A DNA stretch of 64,000 nucleotides. Source: Tubulanus polymorphus. Lineage: Eukaryota > Animalia > Nemertea. Below are positions 62,670 through 64,000 of this stretch, one piece after another (positions within the stretch are counted from its first letter, which is position 1; the number at the start of each line of letters is the position of its first letter). The stretch spans positions 310,001 through 374,000 of the forward strand of contig NC_134035.1 in the NCBI RefSeq assembly GCF_964204645.1, given 5' to 3'. Position numbers and translations under genes: made by a program. A model generated the notes under the pieces. It was given only the letters and a program-made list of their open reading frames with translations, searched no databases and was not told the DNA's origin.

Positions 62670-63190
62670 ATCTAAACATTAAGTCAGTTTGTATTATTGA
62701 ATCTATTTACATAAGATGGCAGTTAAACTGCGTAATGAAATATGGTTTCAGTAAAAAACGGCGAAGGTATCTTCAGATAGATCGAAGGGAAAAAAATCTC
62801 AATGAAATCTGGTTTCAGTAAAAATTGTAAACCTTCAGCAATCTATTTCATCGCAAAATATCAGAGTACAGCAAAACTCTGCATTCAACATTAGATCAGA
62901 TTTTAAAACTTATTACATAAGATGGCAGTTAAACTGTGCAATGAAATATGGTTTCAGTAAAAAACGGCGAAGGTATCTTCAGAAGGGAAAAAAATCTCAA
63001 TGAAATCTGGTTTCAGTAAAAACTGTAAACCTTCAGCAATCTATTTCATTGCAAAATATCAGAGTACAGCAAAACTCTGCATTCAACATTAGATCAGATT
63101 TTAAAACTTTTTACATAAGATGGCAGTTAAACTGCGTAATGAAATATGGTTTCAGGAAAACCGTAAACCTTTAGCAATCTATTTCATTGT
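62670..63190. repeat. ~200-bp tandem repeat, ~2.5 copies
   Basis: acataagatggcagttaaactg recurs at ~62709, ~62916 and ~63113. Confidence 0.85.
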
Positions 63191-63728
63191 GAAATAGATG
63201 AAAATATATATAGTTGACCTCATCATCACATTGTTATAACGGGTGGGTGGGGCCCCCCAAAACATATTGAAGTCCAAGGGCCCCCAACTAGATCTAATTG
63301 CCAAGCCACATAAAGATCAGTAATAATATATATACAAAGACCATCAACGGTCCACAGTTAAAGTGTCACAACACTGCAACACATATTCGGATGATAATAA
63401 TTATCATCGTTATCCCGAGGCTCACGCCAATTTATCGAGTTCAAAAAAGTGACTTGGCAATGTTCCGCAGCGGAGAAAAAAACCAATAAAAAACATCCCG
63501 GGACCCACCAAAAAAATAAAAGGGTACTTACTGGCAAAAGCAAACGCATACAGTCGACAGAGGCTCAGATCACAGCGCCGCAGCATAAACCGTGGAACAG
63601 CGCAGAAGCAGTGAAGCACGGACAGAGGAGAGCATGGAAGAGGCGAAGGTATCTTCAGATAGATCGAAGGCAAAAAAAGGGTAACCAGCAGCAAAACACA
63701 CGTAGTCAACTAATTTGACCTACGAAAT

Positions 63729-64000
63729 AACGAATGAGTAGTCATATACTTGAACTAACGAATGAGTAGTCGTATACTTGAACTAACGAATGAGTAGTCG
63801 TATACTTGAACTAACGAATGAGTAGTCATATACTTGAACTAACGAATGAGTAGTCATATACTTGAACTAACGAATGAGTAGTCGTATACTAGAACTAACG
63901 AATGAGTAGTCATATACTAGAACTAACGAATGAGTAGTCGTATACTTGAACTAACGAATGAGTAGTCGTATACTAGAACTAACGAAAGAGTAGTCGTATA
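63729..64000. repeat. 28-bp minisatellite (aacgaatgagtagtcrtatactwgaact) running off the window end
   Basis: ~9.7 copies; direct inspection. Confidence 0.95.

Overview
AT-rich, intron-containing genomic DNA from an invertebrate metazoan, probably a lophotrochozoan (inferred from protein style only). The window has two distinct compartments. (1) 1-~28.8 kb is gene-dense, with three spliced genes that I reconstructed exon by exon from GT-AG boundaries and phase continuity: the 3' part of vinculin (+, 5' end lies upstream of the window, stop at 10224), a complete Ric-8/synembryin gene (+, 13500-18545, 13 coding exons, 556 aa), and a KIM-containing transmembrane tyrosine phosphatase of the PTPRR/PTPN5/PTPN7 group (-, 26401-22381, 11 coding exons, 477 aa if Met26401 is the start). 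Their introns carry many short palindromic MITEs. (2) ~29-64 kb has no recognisable host gene and is a mosaic of a 1559-bp x ~3.9 tandem array, a foldback-like TIR element, a decayed Penelope-like GIY-YIG fragment, SINE heads, a ~3.6-kb segmental duplication, a higher-order 29-mer/72-mer repeat, and many mini- and microsatellites. The most interesting signal is not in the ORF track: the last vinculin intron hides two paralogous 39-nt exons and two 6-nt microexon candidates. All are phase 1-1, all insert into the helix 4-helix 5 loop of the actin-binding tail, and they are surrounded by splicing-regulator motifs. The hinge region also has two cassette exons flanked by clustered TGCATG motifs. 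All coordinates were read by eye and no database searches were run.
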